Shown here: one piece after another, positions 35,103-50,100 of the stretch
How the letters are laid out: each line of letters begins with the position of its first letter
Position numbering within the stretch: the stretch's first letter is position 1
DNA from: Adineta vaga
Taxonomy: Eukaryota; Animalia; Rotifera
Reading direction: 5' to 3'
Assembly (NCBI GenBank): GCA_021613535.1
Contig: CP075494.1
Span: 16,802,001-16,866,000 of the forward strand
Length of the DNA: 64,000 bases
Notes under the pieces: model-generated
The model's database searches: none
The model's input: only the letters and a program-made list of their open reading frames with translations
Told to the model about the DNA's origin: nothing
Made by a program: the position numbers and the translations under genes

Positions 35103-38100
35103 ATGATCATGCATCCAAAATTTTTATTTTATTGGTTTTATGATTATGTGCGACATTGGAATTTTTTTATTCCAGAAGAAGAAGATGAACTTGATGAAAA
35201 TGGAAATGAATTACAATATCAAACAGTTATTGTAAATCATCAAAAATATTCCACATGGTTATATATTCTTCTTCTTATTGGTACGTAATGTATTTGTTCT
35301 TTCATTCAAAAATTCGCATAACATACTATATTACGTCATCAGACAATGTTTGAGTGTATTATCCCAACGTATTATTACTTCACTCTTCCATATATTATAT
35401 ATTCTGAGATTTGTGGAATTTTAGTGGTTTTGGTGTATTAAACCCTAGAATGATGAACAAATTATCCTCGCCTCAATATACATGTAATCTGAAAATTGTC
35501 GAGATATATCCCGAATTTGAAATGAGTTCCAAGTTTTCTTCTCGACTATAGCAAGGATTGAGACTGAAATCGAGATAGAACTAAAACCAGAATGGAAGTG
35601 AGATGGGACAAAATTAGAATAAAATCTGGATCAAAATTTGTTTTTAGTACGCGGAATGACATACAAGAAAAATCTTGTAACACACAGATTTGAATTTATA
35701 ACGCTGATTTAAGACATTCATCAGATTAATCATATTAGCATTTCAAAACAAAAAACAGTGAAGATGAAAAAAAGAATCCGAGTGTTTTCACAATATTTAT
35801 AACTGGGAGTATATAACATATCATATAAGACCATTATTTTCTAATATATCAGGCATGAAAAATTGAATTTTTCTCGATAATATTAAGTATCCATTCTAGT
35901 TTTACACAATTTTGCCCAAGGCAGGAAAAACAGAAGCCTGTCATTTGGATTCCGAATCAGAGAAGTGCGGAACAGTGCTTGCTAGCTCGCTCCGGCTGGC
36001 GCGCTAATTTTTTTCGTGCTACTCCCCTGTCCGCATCGTCCCACTCGTTGATTAATTGACGGGCTCCGACCCGTCTCCGTAAACCCCGTAAGAAATTTAT
36101 ATTCAATGATTAAACCAGTTTTTCATAATTTATTCTGTATAATTGATCAAATTAATATAAAAAAATAATACAGAAAGTTTATAATTGATTATCTGCATGA
36201 AGAGAAGCTGATCGAACAAGTGTAATATCATTAACTGTTGATGGATTAAGAGTGTTTCGTCTTTGACATATAACTGTTCCAGCCCAACTAAAGACGCGCT
36301 TTACTGCAGCAAAAAAGGCGGGAATGCAAAATGTTCTTTTTGCTAATTTTGATAAACTTGATAATAAAGATTCTTGCTTCTTCCAAAAAATGAGTGGATT
36401 ATCATTAATATCATTAAAAATAATAAACATTCAAAATAGATATTGTTAGGAAATAAAGATATACAGAGGAACAGATAGACTGTTATCGAGAGATTTGAAA
36501 GATAAACCAATCTTTATTTACTACCCTGATATACGTTTTCGAGAGACATCTATTGTAAAATTTTCACGATCCTTCATGTATCTGCGAAAAAATTTGCGAC
36601 CCGCCCGAGCCCGTGGAAATTTTTCCCCGCTCGTCCCTCTTTGCGCACGATGTTACCCGCCTGGATCGTAAAATATATTTTCAGATCCGAACTCGACTCG
36701 CCCGTACCACGTGGCCCCACGAGTGAATCCCCGTAGGCTGCACATCTCTGATTGGGATAGCTCAAGGATTATTAGCACATTGTTGAGATGAAGTGACAGT
36801 TCGATTGACACTATATTAGAATAGTGTGAGGTAAGAGACAAGTCATCATCATCAGTTGGCTGCAAACAGGTGTGGTTTACAGGCGATAACAGTATCGTAC
36901 CATCGTTTCCTGTCTTTAGCAGCTCTTGTTATTTCGTCGATTGTTGGTGGTTCCTCGTTGTTGATCAGTTTTGCAACATAATCAAAGTATTGAAAGCGGG
37001 GTCGTCCGCGCTTACGTTTTCCATGGCCAGATTTCGGAGTGTATAGAGCATACATGTTGGTGAATTCGTTTGGATTTCGGCGTAAACAGTGTCCAATAAA
37101 ACGGAGTTGTCGTCGTTGAATGGTTTGCACTAGTGGTTCTTGTTTTACCTTTTCGTAGATTGTGTTGTTTGAGATTTTGTCCAAGCGTTTGGTATTGAGC
37201 ATTATTCGATAGCAGCTGATGGCGAAACTATCCAGAGATTTTTCGAGCGCTTTTGTGATGATCCAGCTTTCGAAACCATATAGTAAAATCGATATACGCG
37301 AAGCTTTAAAGATATTGATCTTCAATTTTACTGGTATTATTGTCGATTTCCATGTTTTTCATCTTCCAGAAAGCTTTCCAAGCGAGCCCTTTTCTTACCT
37401 TGATATCTGTGGTGCTTGATATTACCATTGAACCAAGATATATGAAGTTATCCACTCACTGGATATCCTCTCCATTTAGCTGTATTGATTGGTTTTTTGT
37501 GTTCTGTTTGTCAATACTTGTGTCTTTTTTATGTTCACTTGTAGACCTACTTTCCTTGCCCATTTCGTTGTTATATCCAGTTGTGCTTGTGCTCTGCTGA
37601 GATCGCTTTCAAACAGAGCAATGTAGTCGGCAAAAGCTAGTTCGTGGATTGTTGTTGCTGGTTGTCGTAGGTTTGTCATGAATCCATGTTCACCATGTCC
37701 ATTTGTGTGATTCGATTCCGCATTTTTCATTACATAATCTATCACTGTGATGAACAGAAAAGGTGCCAATGTGTCTCCCTGTAAAACACCAGTTGTAACA
37801 TCGAACTCTCGTAAAGTGTGTCCATCCACGAGTACTACACTTCGACAATTGTTGTATATGGTTTGGATTGGATTAACCATTTTTGTCGGTACTCCATAAT
37901 CTCTGAGAATAGCAAACATTGTTTTTCTGTCGATGGAATCGAAAGCTTTCTTGAATTCAATGAAGGTAATGTATATTTGTAGTTGTTTGTCGGTTGCACT
38001 TTCCAGTAATCTACGTAGAATGTGTATTTGATCGAGACAGCTTCGTCCTTTTCTGAATCCAGCTTGGTTTTTTCGAAGGATTGAGTCAAGTGGTTCATGT

Positions 38101-41100
38101 ATCTTGTTTAAAAGAACTTTTTTGTATGTTTTCGCTGCCACTGACATGAGACTTATACCTCTGTAGTTCGTCATGAGTGTTTTATCCCCTTTTTTAGATA
38201 TAGGGATAATGATATTGGTGTTGAATTGTTTTGGTGTCGCAGGTTTCTCGAATATTTCGTTGCATATGTCACGTAGTTTGTTGATGATCCAATCATCGCC
38301 ATACTTGAGTATTTCTGGTGTGATTATGTGATCGAGCCAAGGCGCCTTTCCATTTTTTAGCTGTTGAATTGCTTCTTTTACTTCGTTGATTGTGAGTGAG
38401 TCTGTGTTGATTGGTAAGTATTTGTCTGCTGGTAAAATTGTATGAGTAATTTGAGATGTGTTGGTTTCGACGTTGAGTAGATCTTCAAAGTAATTTTTCC
38501 ATTCGTTCATGAGTTCTTCGTCTGTGTTGATTTTGGTACCAATCATAGATTTGATCTTTGAGACGTTACTGTACCTGCGTTTGCCATTGATTTCATCGAT
38601 TAGAGCCCATGTTGTTCGTGATTGATTCGAGATTGATGCTTGCTTCAATTGTTCGAGTTTATTTTCTAGAAATTGTATTTTGTCATTTTCGTAAGATATG
38701 TTCAGATGTTTGTTGAGTTGATGCCACTTGTTTTTATTACTTGAGTCAGATTGTTGTTTAAATTGTTTCTTGGATTCATTGCGTTGTTTCAATAATTTGA
38801 TGGTTTCATCTGAAACCCAGTTTTTTTTCTTTGGTCTTTTTGCTTGTCCAATAAGATTATCTGTTGTTTGTTGTATGCTCTCTATGAAGTTGTTGTATTG
38901 CGTTTGTATGTTGTTGCTGGGATTGCTTGTACTGAGGATGTCATAGCGATTTTGAACTTCGATGTTGAATTGTGATTGAAGACTGCCGTTGGTTTTAAGT
39001 TTGTCCCAATCATAAGTGATGCGTTGACATTTGCTGTTTTTGGGCGCTCTTGAGCTAATGGAAATTGTTGCGCTTACGATGCGATGGTCTGAATTTAGTT
39101 CAACTGTGTTGTAAGCACGGACATTTCGGACCGAGTTTAACCATTTGTCATTTATAAGAATGTGGTCTATCTGAGCTTTGGATTGACCGTTAGGATATAG
39201 CCAAGTCCAAGATCGTGATTTCGGTTGAGGAAATCGTGTTTGTGTTGATCGCATGTTACAGCTCTCGCAATAGTTGACCAATCTGTTTCCATTATCATCA
39301 GTTGAGTCGTGGTGAGTGTATTTTCCAATTAATCGTGGATTCGTATCATGGCTATCTGTTCTCACTCTTGCATTTAAATCACCAGCAAGGATTAACACAC
39401 GATGTGGTGGAACATCTAGTGTGCATTGTTGTAGGTCGTCGTAAAAGACATCTTTATCTACTGTATCTTTATCTTCTGTTGGAACGTATGCAACTATGAT
39501 AGTTATTGCAGGATTGCCCTTGAAGTGTACCATTAGAATACGATCAGAAATCTTTTCTATTGAAGAGATTAACGACGCAAATCGATGGTTCATAAGTAGT
39601 CCAACACCTCGTTGCCCGGTTGCCGTTGCTGAGGTATATTCGAAGCGCCATGTCGATTTGTTCCATGTTTCAGTACATGTGCCAGTTGTTCCGTTTATTT
39701 GCCAACGATGCTCTTGTACAGCTACGAGATCGATGTTGTTTTTATTACATCCGTGAATGAGTTGGTGCAATTTACCGACTCTTTTGAGAGTGCGGATGTT
39801 GTAGGTAGATATTGTGCTGACCTTATGTAGTGTTTTTGTGTGTCTCATCGTTGCGTTATCAAAGACAGGTGGCTGTCTTATCATAGGCGAAGATCTCGAT
39901 GAAATCTTCGTATGTTGGCGACGAGACAAAAGACTGTTGCCCGGAATGAGTTCTTCAACTGTTATTTTCGGAGTCGCTTCAAAAGGTATCTCGAGTGACT
40001 AGCCCTGAGAACCCCACCAGAACCCGTCTTAGCCGTCAGATTTGACGTTTCCATCCGACACTACGTGGAAGTGAAGAGTTGGCTTTTGTCGGACGAGAGA
40101 TGAGTACTATAAAAGAAAGAACTATTACATAAGTGAACTGTCTGATCTATAAACACTCATGATTACATGTTGAATATAATTTCCATCTGTCTATTTTAAT
40201 ATTCTGTTACATCATTCTGTCGATCTCGTGTCTTTTCCATTCTTCTATGAACTAATTGTATTGTCCTATGTTCTCTCTGTTTCTCTCTACTATATAAGCT
40301 CGTATCTTTAGTGAAAACGTTGCATTTGAATGTAGATCGTAATCAAATAAACATCATTTAGTAGAACACATACACAAAATTATATCTATCCATTTGTCAC
40401 AGTAACGAATAAAGAATGAATTAGCTCAGAACATCAGTGCTGTGGAAGGCAATAAGAGCTAAGATACATATGATTGTATCAAGCTCATGTCTTCTCTTTT
40501 ATTATTCCATCTTTATTTAATTTTATATTTCGTTACAATCAGCAAAATATCTCAAGAATTCTTATCTCACCCTCAAGATGTACATGAATTTTAATAGATT
40601 TTATGTCTTATCTACAGTTTTTTCATCGTCGAAGATTGTTTAGTATTCTCAAAGATTCCATAAGCTTTTTTTTATTGCGTTCTTTTACTCCTTGATTTCA
40701 TCATTGCTCTCAAGAAAACTTCAGAGATTTTTATTAATAAATTTCTTCAACTATGTTTTCAGTGTCGCTTTATTTTTTCTTTTGCATTTCCATGGTCAAA
40801 ACACAATTTCGTACAATTGCGATTTCGGACGTTAGTGAAACGATTTTGGATGAAATTTATCGTAAAGATGAAGAAATTCGGTCATGTCTATGTTCAACGG
40901 CCTCGATAGCTTATGAAAAATTTGTTTCTCATCACATAACATATCATCCTGTATGTCGAAGCTACTTCATCACTCAACAATGGATCACAGCTCTATATAC
41001 ACCAAATGCTAGTCGATATATACCAAGAGATTTTCGAATGATAGCTCATTCTCAGGTAATTCTAAAATAATTATCAAATTTCTTTATAAGATTTAAATAT

Positions 41101-44100
41101 TTTCGAATAAGAAATAATGTATAAAAATAACGCTCGTCGAAGCTGACTCGCTTTACCCTCGACTGAATTAGTAACTTAATATACAACGATGTTCACGAGT
41201 CTTTTCCGCGCGAGAAGACAAGAGTATAGAAACATATTCTACGGAATCATTTTTTTGAAGATGTTTCTCATTTATCTCACAGGCTCCCCAACAAATTTGA
41301 GCATTGCTCTCGATCTTCTTATTTATCACGTATTTCTAAATGCTTATCAGTATCTCAATGGGAAAGTAATCTTATAAGAATTCTTATCATGACTTTCCCA
41401 CCTACAACCATGCCTGCTCTTTTTCTAAACAGAATAATAGATGCTGTTGAATAATAAACGCTTGCTTATGAACTGCGTATACTAATTCGCATAGTTTTCC
41501 TCATCGATCGATCATTTAACATCTCTAGGAGCAGCTCATCTGCGCCACTCACGACTAGGAATAGACATAGTTCAGTTTATGAACCCCGTTCAAATGAGCT
41601 AAAGAGCTGGTCAAGAAGTTCATTTGAACGAACTGAACCTTTTGAACAGTTCAACTTATATGAACTGAACTCTATGAAAAATTCTTTTCATCAAAGCTGT
41701 TCGAAATTATTCCCATAGCAGAACAAAATTGTACCATTATGAGAATTATATTTCCAGGTACTGAGTAATATTGTGTTGTTTTGTGAATAATTTCGAACAG
41801 CTTTGATGAAAAGAATTTTTCATAGAGTTCAGTTCGTTCAATTAAACTGTTCGAATAAGTTCAGTTCGAGAAGCTGAACTATGTCAACCCCTACTCACGA
41901 CTCACTGCTCCACACATACCCATATCCAAGCTTAATCTCCAACTTTTATACTCTAATCGCAAGGCTAAACGTTCCTTTCACCATGTCGGAAACTCTTCTT
42001 CTGACCCTTTCACTACTCAAAGAAACCAATATTCTTCCTACATCGTCGAAAATCAACCTTCCTAGCTTTACAGAATCATAACAGGCCAACATTCAATTCA
42101 CCATGTCAAAAAACATTCTCACAAGACCTTACAACTGACCAATACACTTATAGTATAAGACTCGAGGACCCACGGATACCCCCACTATATAGGACTTGAG
42201 GCCTTGTATGATCGTTTATATATTTGACCTTTGACCTGCGACAGACATACACGCACACAAACGTATTTTCGTTTTTTTGACCACTTTTTCCCACATAATT
42301 CTCCTTTCAGTCGAAGGAATGATAAATATAAAATTGATTTACATTTGATTTAGTTTCAACTTTTGGCTGATTTTTGTTCTCTAACTGAAGATATGGTTTC
42401 TCAAGCTAAAGTTGAAATTGCTAATTATAAATTAATTACTGTTAGTCTTCTTTCTAAAGAAAAACTTGAATTCGAAGTGAACGCTACTATCAAATCAGTT
42501 AGGAACAGTACATCGATTCGATTGATGTCATATGTTGATTATATTAATACAACTACTCAATCAAACAATTTTATTTCTGCTCTCAATACAAATACAAAGA
42601 TTGAAACTAAACTTGATGTGATGAATAGGTATGTTGCTCACAAATTTCCGTCTAGGTACGTAGGATCCAAACAGTTGCAAACCGGAGTTTGTGGTAGAAC
42701 TGACAATATATTTATGGAGGCTGTTTTTTATGCAACACAAAGTTCTCCAAATTTTACGTCATTGCCATCATATAATCTACCCAATTATGAACCTATTATT
42801 GGGTTTTCTGCAGCATGTACACCTTTTGAAGGTTTTCTTCGAAGTACACTCGATTGTTTACATGATAAAGAATGTATTCAATTATTAATGAAATATTTTC
42901 CATCTATAACTCGAGTAAGACCAATAATCTTGTTATGTTTGATTTATATTTCATTTCTATAGACAAATTTCAATTTGACTGATTCAATTCTCTCTTCAAA
43001 ACAACAAAATCTTTCTTTATATGATCATTTAAAAAGTCTTTTCATTGATCATTGGTCAATCAATATCAATTATTCAAAATATTTTCATCAATGTGAATCT
43101 TCATCTTGTTCATATACAACAAAAGATAAAAAGAATATTTATAATGCATTGATTGTTCTTATCAGTCTCTATGGTGGATTTACAATTATACTTCGCTTCA
43201 TCATACCATATTTCATTAGTATAATGTTCAAATTCAAATCTCAATCAACAAATAACAATAGTAATTCATTTCATTAGAAACAATATTGAAATATAATGTT
43301 TTTCTATTTGAAGTGACTATAATTGCACGTCTACATAAATATGGTAAATTACTACAACAATTGAATTTGTACAAAACAGTTGTCGATCGGACATCAAACG
43401 ATATCAAACAACAACAGATTATAACGCGTGTTTATATCATTCTTTTCATTGGTATGATTATTTTTATTAAATACTAGTGGGCGTACCCGGTGGCAAATAG
43501 GAAATATCTATGTCGAACATCTGACGTATTGAAAAGCTGCACTAGATAGAAAATCAGTATAATTTAAATTTCTACGCTTGCAGTCCTAATTTTTCTCGTC
43601 CTGCATTGCATAAAATGGCAGTTTTGGCTATATCTCTTTATGCAAAAGAGTTACAGAAGCTAATTTCCGTCTCAGAAATGATTAAAATTGCCTCTTTCTC
43701 TGATATTCATTCTAAATTCTAGCTATTCACTTATCGACCTTATTCTCATTCTCACACTCACGTTAATTCATACCTTATATCCTTTGCATTCACCCACAGG
43801 ATTTATCTTAATCTTTTGTAACCATATAATGCTATTCGTGAGTTCCGTCAGTTGCCTGTCGCATGCACAGAACTATTATAGGCGTAGAGAGCAAGTGGAT
43901 TGTTGTCTGTGAGCGGTCAGACGGCCTTTGGCAGCTTTCGCTAGTGACCCGCTGCAATTTTTGAAATCCTGCAATCCTATTGGTCAGTTTCATCGCTTGC
44001 CTGTAGCAAGTGCAGGATTTAGTTTTTTCCGGAGCAAAGTAGATGTCGACCTTCCCCTAGGTCTAGAGAAGTATTGTGGAAAGTTTCACGCCGATACCTA

Positions 44101-47100
44101 TTACAGGGGCTGAATGCATAGCGAACAGACAGACAAACTTTCTTCTGTATATATATACTAGCGGAGATACCCGCTGCAAAGAGGGCATAATTTACGTTTT
44201 CCATCTACAACAGTGCTTTTCGCGTCATGCACCAGATTTTTTCTCAGAAATTTTCACATCTCTTCATTAGTTCTTTTATACTGGTCTTGTCTCGTTATCT
44301 ATACGACATAATGTTCTGTTCCTTTTAAATCCACTCCTACTGTCCCACTGCAACTCCAGTCCCATTCTACACCCACTGTCCCGTTGCAACTCCAGTCCCA
44401 TTCTACACCCACTGTCCCACTGCAACTCCAGTCCCATTCTACACCCACTGTCCCGCTGCAGTTCTCGCCCCTCGGTAGATCTGTCTATTCTCAGACGCTC
44501 GCTGCAAGTCATTCTCTAGTTTATAAACTTCACTTTGACTCTATACAGGAAGAGTAGTCATTCCACTCCAGATTCAGTTTTTTTTAAGAACCCAACCCAA
44601 GCGTTGCAGTTGTCCATCTTGGATGCTGACACTCACACCCACTTCAAAGTTCCAGGGAAAAACGTCGAACTGGCAGTTTATCGACGCTGGATGAATTCTC
44701 ACTAATTCTCCTTCACCCACCCCTTGGAGGTGGCAACCCCGTCTCGACCTTCCGTGGAATTTAGGGGAGTTTCGTGAAACTTTTAGTGTCGCCAGCTATC
44801 AGCGAGATCGAAAAATTCCTATAAACCATCACCTGGGTGAAATTTCACCCACGCCACCCTCCAACCCCCCGATGACCATTCTAACCCCATGTCAACCTTC
44901 CGCTGGACCTAAAAAAGCATTGTGGAAAGTTTGGTGACATTAGATATTACAGGAACTGAATGCATAGCGAACAGACAAACAAACTTTCTTCTTTATTTAT
45001 ATAGATATTAGCGGAGATACCCGCTGTAAAAACGACACAATTTACGTTTTCTATCTACAGCAGTGCTTTTCTTATCACCCACAGGACCTCTCCGTTCGTA
45101 TTTATCCGTCGTGTATCAAAAAATCCTCACACCCGCCTTTTCCACTCTGACTTAGTTAGTGTAATCTTTCAGGTCGTCACTCAGCGTACGTTACCTGTCT
45201 TCTACACGTCTTTCTCCTTCGTACTGAGATCCTTCCTATATCCCTTTTCGCGTCATGCACCAGGTCTTTTTTCAGAACTTTGCATCTATTCATTAGTTCT
45301 TTCCTACAGATTTTGTCTCGCTATGCATACGATATACAGCTCTGTTCCTTTTAAATCCACTCCTACTGTCCCGCTGCAACTCCAGTCCCATTCTACACCC
45401 TCTGTCTCGCTGCAAGTCATTATCTACTTTATGAACTTCACTTCTACTCTATACAGGTAGAGTAGTCATTTCACTCCAGATTCAGTTTTTTTGAGAACCC
45501 AACCCACGCTTTGTAGTTGTCTATCCTGGATGCAGACACCCACACCCACCCTCATTCCTATATGCCATCTTGAGAGCGAAATTTCACACAAGCCGCCTCC
45601 CCATCCCTTGATGGCCATTCTAACCCCATGTCGACCTTCCTTTGGATCGAGGGAAGCATTGTGGAAAGTTTGGTGACGTTAGCTGTTACAGGGAACGTAC
45701 GCATAACGAACAAACAGACAAACTTTCTTCTTTATATATATAGAAGATTATATAGATAGATAGATAGATATAGATTAAAGAACCTTTAATTGTCACATTT
45801 ATTGCAAGAAATAAATAGTATCAAATAAAAAAACCTCAAAACTGGAGCACATTCTGTAAGTTTCTAACAAAATAACGACAATTGAAATTCAATACGACTT
45901 GGGTGAAATTTCACCCAGACACCGATTCCCACCCTTAAATCAATATATTTTGATACGGAACGTGTAAATTATCGTCGATGTGCGCTCAGACGGCCTTCGG
46001 CCGCCTTCGCTATGAATTATTTAAAGTTTTTGAAATGCTGCAATCCTATTGCCCACTTTCATAGATTGCCCGTAGGAAGCGTAGAATTCATTTTTTTTTT
46101 AAACAAAGTAAATGTCGACCTTCCCGTGGGCCTAGAGAAGCATTGTGGAAAGTTTGGGAATGTTAGCTATCATTGAACTGCCTGGGTGAAATTTCACCCA
46201 CGCTCCCCACCCCCACCCCCTGATAACCATTCTAACCCCATGTCGACCTTTCCTGGGACCTAAGGAAGCATCGTAGAAAGTTTGGTAATCGTGGCTATTA
46301 CAGCGACTGAATGCATAGCGAACAGACAGATAGATAGATAGTCCTGCTTTTCTCTTTCGATGGAGAGAAACTATTATCATTGTGTTCGAAAATCGAACTT
46401 ATTTGATACATTCTATCTAAAATAGTCAATACCATTTTGAGCAAATAATTTTATTAGTAGAAAAATATTTTTTCCTATATACTTAGGTTCATTTATGATT
46501 ATTCTTCTTTTCCATACATTAAATACTGAAAATGTTACTATAATTGAACGAAATCCATCATTCGATACTTATAAAAATTTAGAAGTCTTATACAAAGATA
46601 CATTAAAATGTCCTTGTTCTACGAGGATAATTCCTTTTGAAAAATTCCTTGAATTTTCTCCGGTTATGCATCAAGTGTGTCAAAGTAACTTCGTCAGTGA
46701 ACTTTGGATATCAAAAATGAAAGGATTCATAACTAGACCTGGACTCCGTGATTGGTATAATTATGCTCCATCTTACTTTCAATTGTTAACTGATTTGTGT
46801 CGAATGGCTAACAAAACGGTTGAAGATGCAATAAGTCGATTGCGTCTAAAACAATTTGCTGTTTCTAATGTGCCAACTGAAACTACTTTTACCTTACAAA
46901 TAAACGATATATTGGATCAATTTATTCTGTCGACGATGAAATCATTTCAAGTATTTATCAACACAACACGTCTTTTTATTCAAGTTGATCAACCGTATAT
47001 GAAATGGGCACTATCTACTAATAGTGATCTCGTGGATACAAATCTAATCGTTGGATATTCTCGAGAAAATGAAATAAACAATAAAACATCATTAAAAGTA

Positions 47101-50100
47101 TGTATTCATCTAAATCTTACTTAAACTCCCAAATAAGAACGAACTATCGTTAAATGAGAGGTTTTTCTTCATATTGTAGCTTGAATTCGAGTTGATTGAA
47201 ATACATGATCTAAAATCATCCTTAGGTAAATGTATTTGTGGAACAAATTCTCATTGCCAACGTGGTTATGATTTTTATAATTCAGGTAACTAAAGTTAGC
47301 ACCATGTTCGAGTATTTTTTGTCCAGACTCGCCTTTGAATTTGTGCTAACTTTGGAAAAGGTTGTGTTCGATGCAGAATTTAATTCTCTATCGAATGATG
47401 TTAATTTCGAGGGGGGAGGTTGTCGGGAAAAAAATCGTCACACCCACACATCTACATCAGTGTTGCCAGATCTTCTGGATTTTTTCCGGGTTTCGGATTT
47501 TGACAATTTTTATTGAATTAAGTTTTGTTTATTCGTAAATATTTTTATTTGGTAGCAACTGAGAGTGGAATCTGTAATCTATCGTTTCTTATATATTTAA
47601 TTGATTATATTTTGATTTTCTGTTTTTATATTAAAATATTTTTTTTCAAATAATAAATGACATAATTGTGAACAAGATTTAGAGAAATTCAGGTTAGTCG
47701 ATAAAAATCAACTGTTACAAACCGTTCCGGATTTTAACATTGAAATTCCGGTTTTCTCGGTATAATATCTGGCAACACTGATCCATGTCCTTACCCACAC
47801 CCTCAACGATTTTTTTCCCGACAACTCCCCTCGAAACTAACAACATTCGATAGAGAATTAAATTCTGATTCCAACACAAACATTTTTAAAATCAATGCAA
47901 GTCATGTAGCGAATATGATGCTAACTTTTCTAATGTTATAGAATCTTTCTTACAATCAATATTTTTCAATGATCATTATCCGCTTAACATATCAGGCTTG
48001 GTGCAAAGATGTTCTATACTTGATTCTCTTCTCTTTTCGACACTTGAATGCTTTTACATTAATTCCGATTGTTTAACGGTTTTATTAAAAATTTACTACT
48101 CGATTGATAGAGACAACTATAAATTACCAATTCAACCTCTTTTATATAATTCAACAATTAGTCGTTTTCGACCTGATACATTAATAATATCAATTGCTGA
48201 AAAATTAATGATCGAACAATGGAATCCATTTTCTACCTATGAAAATTTTTATCAATTATGTGAACCGGAATACTGTACTTATTTAAAACGAACTCGTACC
48301 AAAGATACTCTTGAAGTAATCATAGCATTAATATCGATAATCGGTGGTCTTACTGTTTCACTTCGGATAATTGCACTTTATCTAGTCAAAATAATAGTAT
48401 TTTTAAGCGGAATCATTACGAAAAAACAACCAAGACCAAAAGCAAAATCCAATGAGAATGGTAAGTTTTAATATAATTGTAACGGAAAAGTTTTGTAGTA
48501 TATTTGAATATTTGAAAATGTGAAAAAATGAAAGAGTTTTCGGTGTTCAAACAGGTCCGAAATTGAAATCTTTCTTAATATAATATCAAAATCAACTACT
48601 ACAAGAAAACGAATAATAATTCATTTTTATATGCCCATTTTTCTTCAGGTTTGGTCTCTATTCCGTCTTCGATTCCTTTTTTTATCAATTCAGAATTTTT
48701 CTTCTCTTCAATTCAGACATGATCAAGTCACAAATTAATTTCAAAACTCTCTATGTATATGCAAGTGTTTTATGTATCTCGGTTTTAATTCCGAGCATAA
48801 TGTATTGAAAATTTCAGATTAAGAGTGACAGATACACTTAGAAAAAGGAATTGATATCAAAGAGTCATAAGTTAAACGGTAGCGGAGCTCGGATTTGAGA
48901 TATAGGTAGGACTCTGTCTCACAACTGTTTCACTCGATCCTGGGAACTAATGATTTTAGCCTACCAGAAGTGTCAGTTAGATGTCAAAGCGTGATGTTGT
49001 TACAGAGAACTTCTCTAAAAAGTCAAAAGGAAGACCAAAAAAACGTTGTGCTCCGCTTCTGCGTTGGTACCGATCCATAGAAAAGCGGATTTCTCAAATT
49101 ATTTATGTGAGGGTGCGGCCAACTAGCCTTCTTGGCTCCGCCATTAAATTCAAGTCCATTTTTTACTAGAGTTGAGTCAAATCGAATGACTTGTGACTTG
49201 ACTTGAATTATAACTTCGACTTGAAGATTTTTAGATGTGCTCTAACTTGACTTGACTTGGGTCAGAAAGCCGATGGCTTGCCCACGTCTGCTCAGTACAA
49301 TAATATTTTAATTAAAAACTAAAGAATTCAATTTTATTTCGAAAATAGATTTCATAGTCGTTAAAAGAATACTACAGATTTTAAACAGAATACATATTTA
49401 ATATTTCTAACATCCAAATTTGGACTAATCCAAACGAGAGTAGATCGTATCTCATAATATTGTACATTGTCGAAAACAATACCATCGATTTTCATCAAAT
49501 TAAACGTTATTCAATATCTGATATTTATTCGGCCCATCCAAACTGAGATTTTAGAATGATCTAAAAAATATAACAAACATTTTTTAAATCTGTTTACATT
49601 TCATTGAGTGTTTAAACAAAGATTCATTTTTATATTTACAGTTCATCAAAAGTTTTTCGATCGATTAGTAATGATTACAAGAAATCTAATTATACTTTTG
49701 TACACTCAGTTGATCAGTTTAAACATATTCTCTCTACGAGATTTTGATAGTCGCATTGATCGAATAACTGTCAAACGTCTTGGTCAATGGTCAACTCGTT
49801 TATACATTATTTTATTCATTACTAGTCTTGTAATTCTCACTCTTTATACTATTATTCGACCTGAATCTCAAACAAAGATGTTTGAAAAACCATCTATTGA
49901 TCATTATAATCATTTAATCCAAAAATATGGAAATCACCTGAAATGTTTTTGTTCATCTATTGCATTAAAACACAATGAATTTGTTATTCTTAAACCTCAA
50001 TTTCATCAAGTATAGAAAAATGATTTCAGAATATAAATATTATTTTTATTTTACATAGATTTGTTCAAGTCCATTTGCTTCAGATCAATGGCGAACAAAT

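Noticed and set aside
39930-40100. Self-cleaving ribozyme in the RTE 5' UTR
   Set aside because: A CTGACGG..CGAAA resemblance exists, but it lacks the CUGANGA hammerhead core, and I could not fold an HDV-like pseudoknot by eye.
44276-44512. ORF with LELQWDSGCRMG repeats
   Set aside because: Translation of the 36-bp minisatellite inside a Helitron-like element.
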